A DNA stretch of 50,498 nt, the filler included, from an uncultured virus (IMG/VR IMGVR_UViG_2124908030_000007) (Duplodnaviria > Heunggongvirae > Uroviricota > Caudoviricetes). It is 8 parts of one record of this genome, joined end to end, with 100 filler letters (N's around TTAATTAATTAA, not from the genome) between each part and the next. Parts side by side here need not be neighbours in the genome. Positions count along the whole stretch, not along the records: positions 5,101 to 10,518 come from IMGVR_UViG_2124908030_000007; positions 10,619 to 33,364 come from IMGVR_UViG_2124908030_000007; 6 more parts are not named here. One strand, given 5' to 3'. How positions within the stretch are numbered: the stretch's first letter is position 1; each line of letters opens with the position of its first letter. A program made the translations under genes and the position numbers. Shown here piece by piece: positions 9,124 to 19,328 of the stretch. The notes under the pieces are model-generated. The model saw only the letters and a program-made list of their open reading frames with translations, did not search any database and was not told where the DNA came from.

Positions 9124-9437
9124 TCTTCTAGCCTAAAGTCAACGTGTGGACCTTCGTCTGGCAAGTCAACCTGTTCATACACGGCGAACAACTGCTTTAA
9201 CTTGTTAAACTCTCTCTCAACTGATTCATCGTCGCTCTCTTTAATAATCTGTTCAACGTCGGCCTGACGGTGAACCTTCGAGCGACTATCCTCAATATAT
9301 TCTTCGATACGATCTTTATCAATCTCTCTCCATCCGTGGACAGCAAATTGATACGTATCTTCCGTTTCTCCTGTCACAACCAAGAACAATTCTTGGCCTG
9401 ACTGATACAAGAAGTCTGATTCCGAAAGGTCTTTCAT
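9120..9437 (-). CDS. hypothetical protein
   Basis: Acidic ORF with own promoter. Confidence 0.75.
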   Translation of the reverse strand: MKDLSESDFLYQSGQELFLVVTGETEDTYQFAVHGWREIDKDRIEEYIEDSRSKVHRQADVEQIIKESDDESVEREFNKLKQLFAVYEQVDLPDEGPHVDFRLEE

Positions 9438-9471
9438 CGTACTATTAGTACGACGTAGACCTATAAAAAGG

Positions 9472-10518
9472 TTACGATTCTATGTCTTCAACAGAGATCT
9501 TCACTTTAGACGGAACGTTACCTCTTCGCTCTATGACGTTCATGTTGAACACATTCTCGTTTGTCAACTTGTGAATTGCTTGTGTGATTTGTGTGTCGGC
9601 ATCAGCATACGATGTGACCCACTCGTCAGGACCATACGACCAAATATCTGCTTCAGGGTCGAACATAGTTCCTGAAACGTCTGCCTCTTCTGGATCTTCT
9701 CCCATCTCGACGACACCACACAACTCACGAGGCGAGGGATCATGTTCGTCGATGTTGTCGATAGTCTCTCCGTCAACCGTGTGTTTGAGTGCTTTGTACA
9801 CTTCTTTCTCGTGTGGGTCGAGCGAGATAGTAACACGCTCAGGCTCTTCTTCAACCAGTTTCGCCTGACCACCTTCGCCTTTCTTGTCAGAAGTGGACGA
9901 AATATCAACAGGGTCGTCACTCATAAAGTCACTCGCCTTCGGGGTAAGCTCGTCGTTAATCCGTCGAGCAGTCTCAACAAACGTTTCGTCTTCAAACGGA
10001 TTATGGCATCCGTCAAACACACTCTTAAACTCTTCGTTGATCTCGAACTTGCCGAGACTTTGCCACGACTGGAACTTGTACAAGTGTGCCCCATCCTGTC
10101 CAGCGCCTTCTATCACTTCGACAAGATAGTTGTCTTCGAGGTCAGACAACATCGCTTCGACCTGTGGACGTTTCACGAACGAAGCATCAGTCTTCTTTAA
10201 GTAGTCCTGAATGTCAGAGATAGTCGCCGCTTGCTGTGTCCCACCAGCCTGCTGAATGGCCAGACAAATAGCCTTCCGCTTCCGGTCAAGCTGGTGAGTC
10301 GTCGCAAGAAGCGTGTCACGGCATGAGAGAACGTTAGCAACGTCTTGTGGTTGGGCGATGATGGCATCCTTCGTCTCGCCTCCGTCTACCGTCACAACGT
10401 CTCTCTCGCGGTTCTTGTAGTTCAGCAGTGCGCTTGCTCGGACAAGGTTCGCAACCTGTGACGACACACGGTTCGTCTCCGAACGAGCAATGTCGAAGAT
10501 AGGCTTGGCGTGCTTGAA
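9472..10518 (-). CDS. MCM-like AAA+ ATPase/helicase, C-terminal part (sensor-2-like helix, winged helix)
   Basis: RSETNRVSSQVANLVRASALLNYKNR sensor-2-like segment, then wHTH-like ATISDIQDYL...LSDLEDNYLV. Confidence 0.55.
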   Translation of the reverse strand, partial: FKHAKPIFDIARSETNRVSSQVANLVRASALLNYKNRERDVVTVDGGETKDAIIAQPQDVANVLSCRDTLLATTHQLDRKRKAICLAIQQAGGTQQAATISDIQDYLKKTDASFVKRPQVEAMLSDLEDNYLVEVIEGAGQDGAHLYKFQSWQSLGKFEINEEFKSVFDGCHNPFEDETFVETARRINDELTPKASDFMSDDPVDISSTSDKKGEGGQAKLVEEEPERVTISLDPHEKEVYKALKHTVDGETIDNIDEHDPSPRELCGVVEMGEDPEEADVSGTMFDPEADIWSYGPDEWVTSYADADTQITQAIHKLTNENVFNMNVIERRGNVPSKVKISVEDIES

Positions 10519-10618
10519 NNNNNNNNNNNNNNNNNNNNNNNNNNNNNNNNNNNNNNNNNNNNTTAATTAATTAANNNNNNNNNNNNNNNNNNNNNNNNNN
10601 NNNNNNNNNNNNNNNNNN

Positions 10619-10845
10619 CCACTACCGGCAGTCCCAATAAGAACGTATGAGACGAAGTGACCGGGACTTTCCATGAAGCCACTCACATACGAAAAAGTAG
10701 TAAGAGTAAACTGTTCTTCGTTCTTGATAGTCTTAGACCGAGTGTACTCAACAAGGTCTTTTACAACATTGTCGTGTAACTCGTATCCAGACTGTCGGGG
10801 TTGTGTCTGTACCTCTGCTGACAAGGTAAATTCTTGTGACGACAT
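10619..10845 (-). CDS. P-loop ATPase N-terminal fragment, probably the same gene as 9472-10518
   Basis: Ends in VLIGTAGS (Walker A) at the linker. Confidence 0.6.
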
Positions 10846-10868
10846 TCTCTACGAAAAAGTACGGCGTA

Positions 10869-11399
10869 CTACAGTATAAGGCTTTCGATCCTGTCAGCCC
10901 GTTCACTAACAGGCATAACTTCAATAGAATGAACGTCACAGTTAAGATTATTGTACACACGTAGAATAGTTTCATGTATTTCTTGAGCCTCTTGTTCGTC
11001 TTCAACACGAACTTCGTCATCTTCAAAGTTCAGACGGTCTAATACAAACACTTTATCATACCTGCTGTTACACTCAGCCTGTAATTCATGGTATCGACGA
11101 CATCGATGATTACCAAAGTGTTGACGATATGCTATATTGTCAGCAAGAGACCTATCCATAAACACAATCTCATTTTCTGATATATTTCTCTCCATTCGTC
11201 GGTCGATACTTTCAACTTGCTTGTGAAAGTCATCTTCTTGCCGTTTCTGTTCAGGAGAACCACCCTCGCTGATAGTTTGATCGAACAAGATTCGAGCAGC
11301 TTCAGGCAACGTCTTGTATCCACGAGAACTTAACTCCCTGATTACAGACGACTTCCCGGCACTCGGTCCAGCCGTGATGACATACCAGCCGTCAGTCAC
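10869..11399 (-). CDS. NadR/Ttd14-type (AAA_28) P-loop kinase/ATPase
   Basis: ITAGPSAGKSS, PEAAR, FMDRSLAD, RYDKVF. Confidence 0.85.
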   Translation of the reverse strand: MTDGWYVITAGPSAGKSSVIRELSSRGYKTLPEAARILFDQTISEGGSPEQKRQEDDFHKQVESIDRRMERNISENEIVFMDRSLADNIAYRQHFGNHRCRRYHELQAECNSRYDKVFVLDRLNFEDDEVRVEDEQEAQEIHETILRVYNNLNCDVHSIEVMPVSERADRIESLIL

Positions 11400-12172
11400 G
11401 CCACCACCTCACGAATAAATTCGTCAATAACCTCATCGTCTGGCGAATTTATTCGCTCATCGATTGGGTCCATGTCAGCATCACTTTCCATTTCGTAGTG
11501 TATGGCAACAAGGTCTTTAATTTCTTCATCGACCTCACCACGAACTTTACAGTCAGCCAAATAACGTAACGTATCGGCTAAGTCAACGTTAAGTAGTGAG
11601 GCATTGGATAGTTCATAGGCATCGACTGGAGGGAGAGATAATTCTTTCTCAGTATACTTTCTAATGTATTGAGCAGCAGCGACAGACCTAGCGACATAGA
11701 ACTGACGATTTTTTGTAGGCTCTTTTCCTGACGTAATATACTTTTCCCAAGTTCGCTTGGCCTTAGACATGTGATGATCATAGAGAGCCATGTGATTAAA
11801 GTTGTTTCTAATGTTTCTAGCAACTTTTTCAAACATCTCTCCATTATACGGAATGTACTCTTTAGGATTCCCTCGACAATACTCAACAGCGTCTGGATTG
11901 CTACTACGAGCTAACCCGGCAAATTTGTCAATATTCCATCCATGTAGATCTATTCTCTCATTCTCACCAACATGTGGCTCATGGATGCTATCAATACGAC
12001 CGTGAATCGTCACATAATTCTCTGGCAATTGGGCAAATAAGAACATCACATCCCAATCACTGTTGTCGTGATCAACTCTAAGCATACGAGAGCCACGTTC
12101 TCTCGCATTGACAATAAAAATGTCTTTTTCTTCTTCTAGTCTAAACAACTCTTCTCGTATGTTTTCTCTCAT
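11396..12172 (-). CDS. RlaP/YcgL-like DNA polymerase beta superfamily nucleotidyltransferase
   Basis: GSR...DNSDWD motif, DLHGWNIDKF, SNP, HHMSKAK. Confidence 0.85.
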   Translation of the reverse strand: MRENIREELFRLEEEKDIFIVNARERGSRMLRVDHDNSDWDVMFLFAQLPENYVTIHGRIDSIHEPHVGENERIDLHGWNIDKFAGLARSSNPDAVEYCRGNPKEYIPYNGEMFEKVARNIRNNFNHMALYDHHMSKAKRTWEKYITSGKEPTKNRQFYVARSVAAAQYIRKYTEKELSLPPVDAYELSNASLLNVDLADTLRYLADCKVRGEVDEEIKDLVAIHYEMESDADMDPIDERINSPDDEVIDEFIREVVA

Positions 12173-12204
12173 GAAAGAGAAAACGGACTACAACCACTTA
12201 ACTC

Positions 12205-12450
12205 TTACTCTATTCGAATGACAGAACCGTTATCAAGTTGAATATAATTGTCATCACTCAACTTGATTTGAAATTCCCAATGTTTTCCAATTTTCTCTTC
12301 TTGACGTTCTTGTAGTTCGTCTGTCATTCCATTATCATCTGCGATAAACGTCGTCATTGATTCTCTCGTCAGATGTACTTTGTCTACTGTCGATACATCT
12401 ATGTCTTCTCGTAGGATTGTCTCTATGATTTGGCTGTATAGTACACTCAC
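12205..12450 (-). CDS. hypothetical protein (possible paralog of 12447-12674)
   Basis: Acidic ORF with GTGA overlap. Confidence 0.7.
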   Translation of the reverse strand: MSVLYSQIIETILREDIDVSTVDKVHLTRESMTTFIADDNGMTDELQERQEEKIGKHWEFQIKLSDDNYIQLDNGSVIRIE

Positions 12451-12674
12451 AGTATGATCTCCGCGAGGAAACCACTTTCTTGAGTGTAGACAATCTTTTC
12501 TTTACCGTTTGTTTGACGGACGGCTGGCTTATCACTTGTGGTAAAGTTAGACGTATTAAACGAGGTACGTTCAGAAAACTGTTGGAACGCTTTCTCGTTC
12601 AACTCAATTCGATCTATTTCATCCCACGAGAGGTCATATTCTTGAATGACGTTAATTATTTCATCATAGTTCAT
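12447..12674 (-). CDS. hypothetical protein
   Basis: ATGA overlap with MazG-like gene. Confidence 0.7.
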   Translation of the reverse strand: MNYDEIINVIQEYDLSWDEIDRIELNEKAFQQFSERTSFNTSNFTTSDKPAVRQTNGKEKIVYTQESGFLAEIIL

Positions 12675-12991
12675 CGGTTATCACCGTCGCCTCTAATAAC
12701 ACCACGATCTTTTCGGTCGAAGAGTTTATCAGCATTCTTTTCCATCACCTCTTCAGCGGATAGGTCAAGTTCATCGAGCAAGCGAACCCAATACCACAAC
12801 ACATCGCCAGCCTCTTCTTTGACACGATTGCGAAATTCTTCTTCTCCGTAGTCGTCTCGAATGTATTTCTTCACAGCGCCACCCACTTCACCAGACTCAT
12901 CATTGAGTCCAATGGCAAGATACTCTATCGCTTCTTGAGGAGGATACACTGCCGTTTCTTCTGTAAGGTCTTGGTATTCGTTTAGATCCAT
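12671..12991 (-). CDS. MazG-like NTP pyrophosphohydrolase
   Basis: GLNDESGEV, EEAGDVLWY, NADKL.DRKDRGVIRGDGDNR. Confidence 0.92.
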   Translation of the reverse strand: MDLNEYQDLTEETAVYPPQEAIEYLAIGLNDESGEVGGAVKKYIRDDYGEEEFRNRVKEEAGDVLWYWVRLLDELDLSAEEVMEKNADKLFDRKDRGVIRGDGDNR

Positions 12992-12992
12992 A

Positions 12993-13277
12993 TTAGTTCT
13001 CAGTGATTACGAACCCAACTTCACGCGACGTTTCTCCATCTTCTGTGATAACCTCATACCCAACATAGTCAGAAGAATCAACATCAACTTCATCGAGTTT
13101 ATCTTCTGCTTCTTCATTGAGTATCTGTTCAAGTTCTTCTTCTGATTCAGCATTATACTCTGCTAAGTCAACTGTTTTGACAATCGCTCCAGAACCATCA
13201 TCAGTCACAGGAAATACGACTGGACCACTGGTTTCTGTCATATCAATTTCCATGAATAGCTGTCGTGCTTGTTTCAT
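12993..13277 (-). CDS. highly acidic hypothetical protein
   Basis: ORF after gap with own TTAAG promoter remnant. Confidence 0.7.
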   Translation of the reverse strand: MKQARQLFMEIDMTETSGPVVFPVTDDGSGAIVKTVDLAEYNAESEEELEQILNEEAEDKLDEVDVDSSDYVGYEVITEDGETSREVGFVITEN

Positions 13278-13785
13278 TGTAAATAGTAATAGAACACAAA
13301 AGAACTTANNNNNNNNNNNNNNNNNNNNNNNNNNNNNNNNNNNNNNNNNNNNNNNNNNNNNNNNNNNNNNNNNNNNNNNNNNNNNNNNNNNNNNNNNNNN
13401 NNNNNNNNNNNNNNNNNNNNNNNNNNNNNNNNNNNNNNNNNNNNNNNNNNNNNNNNNNNNNNNNNNNNNNNNNNNNNNNNNNNNNNNNNNNNNNNNNNNN
13501 NNNNNNNNNNNNNNNNNNNNNNNNNNNNNNNNNNNNNNNNNNNNNNNNNNNNNNNNNNNNNNNNNNNNNNNNNNNNNNNNNNNNNNNNNNNNNNNNNNNN
13601 NNNNNNNNNNNNNNNNNNNNNNNNNNNNNNNNNNNNNNNNNNNNNNNNNNNNNNNNNNNNNNNNNNNNNNNNNNNNNNNNNNNNNNNNNNNNNNNNNNNN
13701 NNNNNNNNNNNNNNNNNNNNNNNNNNNNNNNNNNNNNNNNNNNNNNNNNNNNNNNNNNNNNNNNNNNNNNNNNNNNNNNNNNNNN

Positions 13786-14912
13786 ATGAGAGTACCATAA
13801 CTCATGTTAAGTGGAACAACGAGCCTCTCACCGCTCTCAGCACTACATGCTCCCTTTCGAATCATTCCATCTTCAAAGTCTATGTAGTTATGAACAGACT
13901 CGATCTCATCAAAGACCACAATAGTCTCTCCTGTAACGTCAGAAATTGCTTTTTCGACTAGACTAGACATCATTTTTCGAGACTCGCTTGCGTACACCTG
14001 AGCGAACACCATATCGATGATGTATCCATTTGCCTCGCTTCCCTGTAGAAAGTCGAAGTCGGTGTTCCTGTCAGAAGCGTGAGGAGCGTGTTCCTCGATG
14101 ACCTGACTAATCTCGTCAAACTTAGCTTGAATATCTTCTCCTTCAAACTCACGACGGATTTTCTCAGTCTTTGGTTTCCAATTACTGTTCATGTACTCAG
14201 AAACACTGTCGTCTATATCTGTCGTGTCACGACGCTCTGTGGTTCGAAGGCTAGCTTTATTCTGCCAATGTTTGGCAATTTCTCCACCAATGCCGCGAGA
14301 GCCTGAGTGAATAACTACACATAAATCGTCGTGTTGATCTTCTCCAAGCTCGATGAAGTGATTTCCACCACCGAGAGTCCCAATGCTGTTGATAGCACGC
14401 CCAACGTCGTATCCGACACGTTGGCACAAGTCCTCAAAGTACGCTGGTCCATACCTTTCTTCAGGAACAGAAATGTCGAAATCAGTGTTCTCGTTAAACG
14501 TGGCCAGCTTTTCGCGGCACTTCTGCCATGGGAAATCCTCGTAAACGTGATAATCAGTGTCACTATGAACGTTGTATCCTGTTGGAACTCGATCTCGAAT
14601 GGCAGAATCAAGCTCTTCATAGTCTGACTCGTCAAGTGAGACTGTTCCAAGGTTGACGGCGTACATCCCACAACCAATATCAACCCCCACAGTATTTGGC
14701 ACAACACGGTCCTTCACAGGCATCGTGAAACCAATAACTGATCCCCGACCCCAATGGAAGTCAGGCATGATAACAATATCGTCGTCTCCCTCAAACGCTT
14801 TCTTGTTAGTCATACGCTCGATTTGCTCAAGTGCAGAATCCTCACACTCTGATCGAGGGATGTTAGTCTGTACCTTCGCGGAGTTATATTCTCCGTGTAT
14901 CTTGAATGACAT
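13786..14912 (-). CDS. rtcB: RtcB RNA 3'-phosphate/5'-OH ligase (3' end in gap)
   Basis: MPDFHWG, VGVDIGCG, GTLGGGNHFIE, IHSGSRG, HNY, RKGA. Confidence 0.96.
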
Positions 14913-14973
14913 AGAAGAATAGACGTGCTACGGGAATATAAAAGTTACTATATAAAAATTGACATGACCTCAG

Positions 14974-14982
14974 AAAAAAAAA
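14974..14982 (-). terminator. oligo-T terminator
   Basis: T9 tract 14 nt after the stop of 14996-16138. Confidence 0.7.
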
Positions 14983-14995
14983 GAGGCGCTAGACC

Positions 14996-16138
14996 TTACT
15001 CCATATCCTGACCGGCACCGTTCTGGATAAGACCGACGATCTTTTCCTCGTTGGTGTCGGGTCCGAAGTTCTCTCGAACGTTCGAGAGGATAGTCTCTTC
15101 GTCGTCCGGCAAGCCCTGTGCCTGATACTCTCTGAACAAACTCCCACTGGTCTTCGGGAAGGTGGCCAGCAGTCGGGTCGAAGCTCCACTCAAGGTACGG
15201 TCGGTTGACAGACTCGCCCTCGTCGGTCGGCGAGAGGGTGTTGCCATCCTCGTCAAAGACCGAGTACCACATCATCTCACGAGCCTCGGGCGTCCCGTTC
15301 AGGACAGCCTCGGTAAGCTCTTCGTAAGTGGCGTCGTTCGGGTTCGAGTGAGTCTCGTCCGAGTCGCCGTATCCAACGACAGGCTCGTCGTGCTGACCCT
15401 CTTCTCCGACGTAGCCAGTGCCACCAGAGTCAATCTCTTCGCGTCGGGAGACGAGGAAGTGGCCTCACTTCCGAGAAGCTCGTCACGAAGCTCGGGGCGA
15501 CGAGCGTAGCGCCAGCCAACCTCTGCCTCAACGTCAGACGGGACGTACTCGACAAGACCCGAGTTAATGTCGTCAGGCGAGTCGGGGTCCATGCCAGCAG
15601 GCTCACCACCACACACGTCGATCTTCTTGGCAACAGAGACGGCAGCCGTCCGGTCAACCACGAGGATAGAACGTCCCTCGATAGTCGTGTGCCGGTCATC
15701 GATACCGTACTGGTCTCCGTCAATGCTGACAGCCTCTCCACCGAACTTCTCGGTCGTGTTGGTGTCACCAAAGTTGACAGCACGGTACTCGGTGTAGTCG
15801 TCGTCATCAGTCTCGATGATGAACGAGTCGCTCATGTCGAAACCACCGCCAGCACTCTGGTCGATGGTAAGGTCGTCAACAACAAGGCCAAGATAGCCCT
15901 GATGATCGTGACCGTTGTTCTGCTGGTCGTCGAAACGAATGACAGGATTGCCCTCATCAGCAGGGAAGGTGCCGGTCAGGGCAGTGGTCGGGTAAAACTT
16001 CACGAAGGGAGTGGTACTCATGTCAACCTCGATCTGGTCGAGGTCGCTGAAGCCACGCCCGTAGTTCTCGTCATTGTTGTCGCCTCGGTTCTCCTTAGCT
16101 TGTGCGGCTTCGTCGGCCGCAGCGTCTCGGTAGTTCAT
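14996..16138 (-). CDS. abundant acidic hypothetical protein (~380 aa), two apparent frameshifts
   Basis: Three track ORFs join into one acidic frame with shifts near 15462 and 15131; GC-rich host-like codons; T-tract terminator. Confidence 0.7.
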
Positions 16139-16163
16139 CTACATTTCAGTAAACGGCTGCTAC

Positions 16164-16850
16164 CTACTTAACTCTTTCGATGCCGTTTCTGACAGATTCG
16201 TCAGGAAAATTTACATCCCATTTGTACTCAAATCCGGGCACGGGCGCTCCCATGTATTCAAACAATCGTTCCCAATCAGACTCTAGGAAGTTTAGTTGCC
16301 TTTCATCGTCAACTACTGTCGGACTAATACCGATTTGTTCAAAGTTTTCTTTGTGTTCGTATATGGAGGATCTCTCATTATCAAGTCGTAGTGTAGGCGT
16401 TCCACCCGATAGTCCACCATCAGTAACATACCACATCTTTAATTCCATAGGTGTGAGAACATCTTTAGGTAAAATTTTACTACCACTCTCGTACCAAGTT
16501 CTTAGTTTCTTAAAGTATGGGTGAGAAATTGTCCTAAGCATATAGTAGTCCTGATGGTTGGGATCATCATCAGAATGTTGAATCCTTACACTCTTCTTAT
16601 TTACTATGTTGTAAATCTCATCGCTAAACCACGATAGAAATTTAGGCTCAACAGAACCTAACCTGTATCTCGGGTATCCATTATTGTGAAAATCTATATT
16701 CCCGTCTCCAAGGAGCGCACCTCTAAGTATTTGCTTTTGTCTACTAGTTAGCTCAGGATAATCACAACTACTCTGTGCTATATGTTTTCCAAGAGAAGTA
16801 TACTGTTCCTTACAATCTTGACACGTTCCGTGTGCCAATGGGTCTTCCAT
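16164..16850 (-). mobile_element. free-standing LAGLIDADG homing endonuclease-like gene
   Basis: ILRGALLGDG and KMWYVTDGG helices, N-terminal Cys/His motif, AT-rich relative to neighbour. Confidence 0.82.
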
Positions 16851-16891
16851 ACAATACGTTTATATCTGCTGCCACTTAAAGTTTTCGGTCT

Positions 16892-17182
16892 CTAGTCGTT
16901 TTGAATTATTAAATGGCCATGCCAGTGGTCAGGATACTGATCCATTGTCACGACCAAATCCCAATCATCGTACAAAAGATCAACTAGCTTTTCGGCAGCA
17001 CGTCGTTTGTTAGGTCCAATCTCTTTTTCGTGTGTCTTCGACAAGATGAACGGCGTTCTGGAAAGTGAGTTAGCGATGACGAAACGGGGAGTCTCAATGT
17101 GCCACTCCGTCAATTTTTCCATCTCACACAGGTCGCACGATGTGTGAACGTTAGTCCAACCTCTTTCGTATCGTTCCTTCAT
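16892..17182 (-). CDS. minimal HIT-family (histidine triad) hydrolase
   Basis: N-terminal CDLC and C-terminal DHWHGHLII (HxHxHxx). Confidence 0.65.
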   Translation of the reverse strand: MKERYERGWTNVHTSCDLCEMEKLTEWHIETPRFVIANSLSRTPFILSKTHEKEIGPNKRRAAEKLVDLLYDDWDLVVTMDQYPDHWHGHLIIQND

Positions 17183-17550
17183 GGAGCTATCTCCACGTAA
17201 ATTGGAACACTCTCGTTGAGAGCTTTGTCGATAGTGTCTCTCGTTCCGTTTGAGTGACCGTTCCAGATTGCTATCACAGCGTCACTCTCTTCGACAATAC
17301 GTTGATTACGATACTTGGCAGGATGACCGTTCGACCAGTCATCCCAATTAGCGTCGAGTACTTCAATGTCTAGATTGTTTTCTTTAGCAAATCGTTCTGC
17401 TAACGTGTCAACACCATCGGCACCTCCTGAAACGAGTGTTATACGCCACTTTTCTGGAGAAGAACTAGAAGTGAATGGTGAGTGTATAATTGTTTGTTTA
17501 ACAAGCTCGTATCGATTAATCGAACGACTGCCAACGACTCCCAACATCAT
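17179..17550 (-). CDS. YspA/DUF2493-like SLOG family protein
   Basis: VVGSR, VSGGADGVD, RNQRIV, WNGHSNGT. Confidence 0.88.
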   Translation of the reverse strand: MMLGVVGSRSINRYELVKQTIIHSPFTSSSSPEKWRITLVSGGADGVDTLAERFAKENNLDIEVLDANWDDWSNGHPAKYRNQRIVEESDAVIAIWNGHSNGTRDTIDKALNESVPIYVEIAP

Positions 17551-18194
17551 ACCATATCACCCGACGCTACTTCTTCAACAGTAAGATCAGGCCATTCTTT
17601 TAGGAGTTCATCTGCTGGATAGTAGATACCAATATCGTTCTCACGACGAGCGGCGCTCTTGTCAGCAGTGTGAAGAAGGCGCTCTGCTTTCGTCTCGGGA
17701 TTCGGACCTTCTCCCCATGGTCCCATGTGACGATGTACTAGTCGAACAACGTCATCAGACATTTCTCCGATGTTTTCGACAACATCTGCTGCGATAACAT
17801 CGTGATCTCTGACAGTATGATCATTCTGCTCGCTTGGCCAACCGTACTTCATCATGTCGTGAGTGAGGGCTGCTGCTTTGCCCTGTTCTTTCTGTTTGGG
17901 CGAAATCCACCCACCTTCAACCCATGACTCACTGATGTTACAATACTCCGCGAACACACGTTTAGTATGAATCCAGTTTCCGTGCTTACCAATCTCATCA
18001 GTAGAGTGATAATTCCCACTACTAGATGATGGTTCGGTCCAGAAATAATCAGGACAACCTCTCATAAAAGTCCTGATAACGCCTTCACGAACTTCAGCAT
18101 CGTAAATGGCATCAATTTCTGGTAGTCGGCGTAGCAACTCATCCTCTTCCCATAAAGAGTTTTTGACTCTATCAACAGTCTCCGATTTTTTCAT
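17547..18194 (-). CDS. HD-domain phosphohydrolase
   Basis: SSSGNYH, HTKRV, LTHDMMK, HMGPW, LHTAD. Confidence 0.88.
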   Translation of the reverse strand: MKKSETVDRVKNSLWEEDELLRRLPEIDAIYDAEVREGVIRTFMRGCPDYFWTEPSSSSGNYHSTDEIGKHGNWIHTKRVFAEYCNISESWVEGGWISPKQKEQGKAAALTHDMMKYGWPSEQNDHTVRDHDVIAADVVENIGEMSDDVVRLVHRHMGPWGEGPNPETKAERLLHTADKSAARRENDIGIYYPADELLKEWPDLTVEEVASGDMV

Positions 18195-18233
18195 GTACCG
18201 TAAATACTACGGCCAGAGATATAAATGTTTCGA

Positions 18234-18632
18234 CTACGACATTGACCGACGACCGCGTTCGAGTGCTTCATACGCCAAACGATCAGCATCCTCGTTATTA
18301 TCACGAGGCGTCCAGTTCAACTCCCACGAATCAAACTTGTTTAACAATCTGTGTGCCCCTCTTCGTCGCTGATACCAGCACTCATTCGTTCCATCAGGGA
18401 CACGCATTTTGTCTATCATTGGTCTACAATCACAGTAAACACTGACGGCTCCCTCACTTTCACGATTAGCATGTCGAAGGCCATCGAGTAAGGCGTAGTA
18501 CTCGGCCTCCATTGATGTGTGTTCATTTGTAACATACCGCGAGCCAGTCATTTCAGTACCGTCGTCGAGTATTATTTTCCAAGCAAAACCACAGACACCG
18601 CTCCCTTTAGCCGCGTCTGTATAAACCTTCAT
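18234..18632 (-). CDS. rnhA: ribonuclease HI
   Basis: YTDAA, EAEYYAL, YCDC, WTPRDNNEDADRLA. Confidence 0.9.
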   Translation of the reverse strand: MKVYTDAAKGSGVCGFAWKIILDDGTEMTGSRYVTNEHTSMEAEYYALLDGLRHANRESEGAVSVYCDCRPMIDKMRVPDGTNECWYQRRRGAHRLLNKFDSWELNWTPRDNNEDADRLAYEALERGRRSMS

Positions 18633-18642
18633 TAAAGTTACG

Positions 18643-18867
18643 TCAGCCCGTCAGCCATATATAACAAATCAAGAATATCACTGCTGAGAAAGAGAGTAAC
18701 AAAGAACTCAAAACGACAAGAATCTCTTTCATTTGAATCATCATCAGAATGAGCAAGCCAACACCTGAAATAAAGCCAGCGGCGCTGACTGCCATGATAA
18801 TGGCTACAATCCCAAGAACCGCACTCACTCTGAGGCGGTCGCTTTTGAGTACGGCTCTTACGTCCAT
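18643..18867 (-). CDS. small membrane protein
   Basis: Hydrophobic helices. Confidence 0.7.
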   Translation of the reverse strand: MDVRAVLKSDRLRVSAVLGIVAIIMAVSAAGFISGVGLLILMMIQMKEILVVLSSLLLSFSAVIFLICYIWLTG

Positions 18868-18869
18868 TG

Positions 18870-19274
18870 TTAGAGAGCGCCTAGCTCGCTATCCATCTCA
18901 CGAGAAGTCTCTGGCGGAATTGGAGCATCTCCCGCGACACTGCTTGCCTCATCCTCATCAATTCCTACATCGCTCCCATGACGAGCGGCCTCATGAACGC
19001 CACAGTGACAGACGGGATTGTATTCAAGTTCTGTTGCTGAATCAGTCTCATCAATATCGAAACTTCCAGACAATTGGTGCTTGGTGGTGTCGTGACCGTG
19101 GACAAGATTACACTTCACACACTTAAAGCCATCAACATTAAACGAGTCGGCAATGTCTTCAAGTTGGTCATGTAGTCCATTTGTCTTTACAGAGAGTGAA
19201 GTCATGGACTCATGATCGAATGTACTACCCTGTTCCTCAATTTGTGTAACGTCCTGCTTAATTTCTTGTTCCAT
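18870..19274 (-). CDS. Cys/His-rich acidic hypothetical protein
   Basis: CVKC..HGH, CHCG; promoter plus GAGGT SD. Confidence 0.8.
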   Translation of the reverse strand: MEQEIKQDVTQIEEQGSTFDHESMTSLSVKTNGLHDQLEDIADSFNVDGFKCVKCNLVHGHDTTKHQLSGSFDIDETDSATELEYNPVCHCGVHEAARHGSDVGIDEDEASSVAGDAPIPPETSREMDSELGAL

Positions 19275-19328
19275 TTGTCTTACCTCATATGTTCATTTGT
19301 AACGCAGGCACTTAAGCTTTTCGGATGA

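Noticed and set aside
12993..14912. 639-aa RtcB fusion in the ORF track
   Set aside because: Read-through across an N gap; the distal part has its own promoter and ATG.
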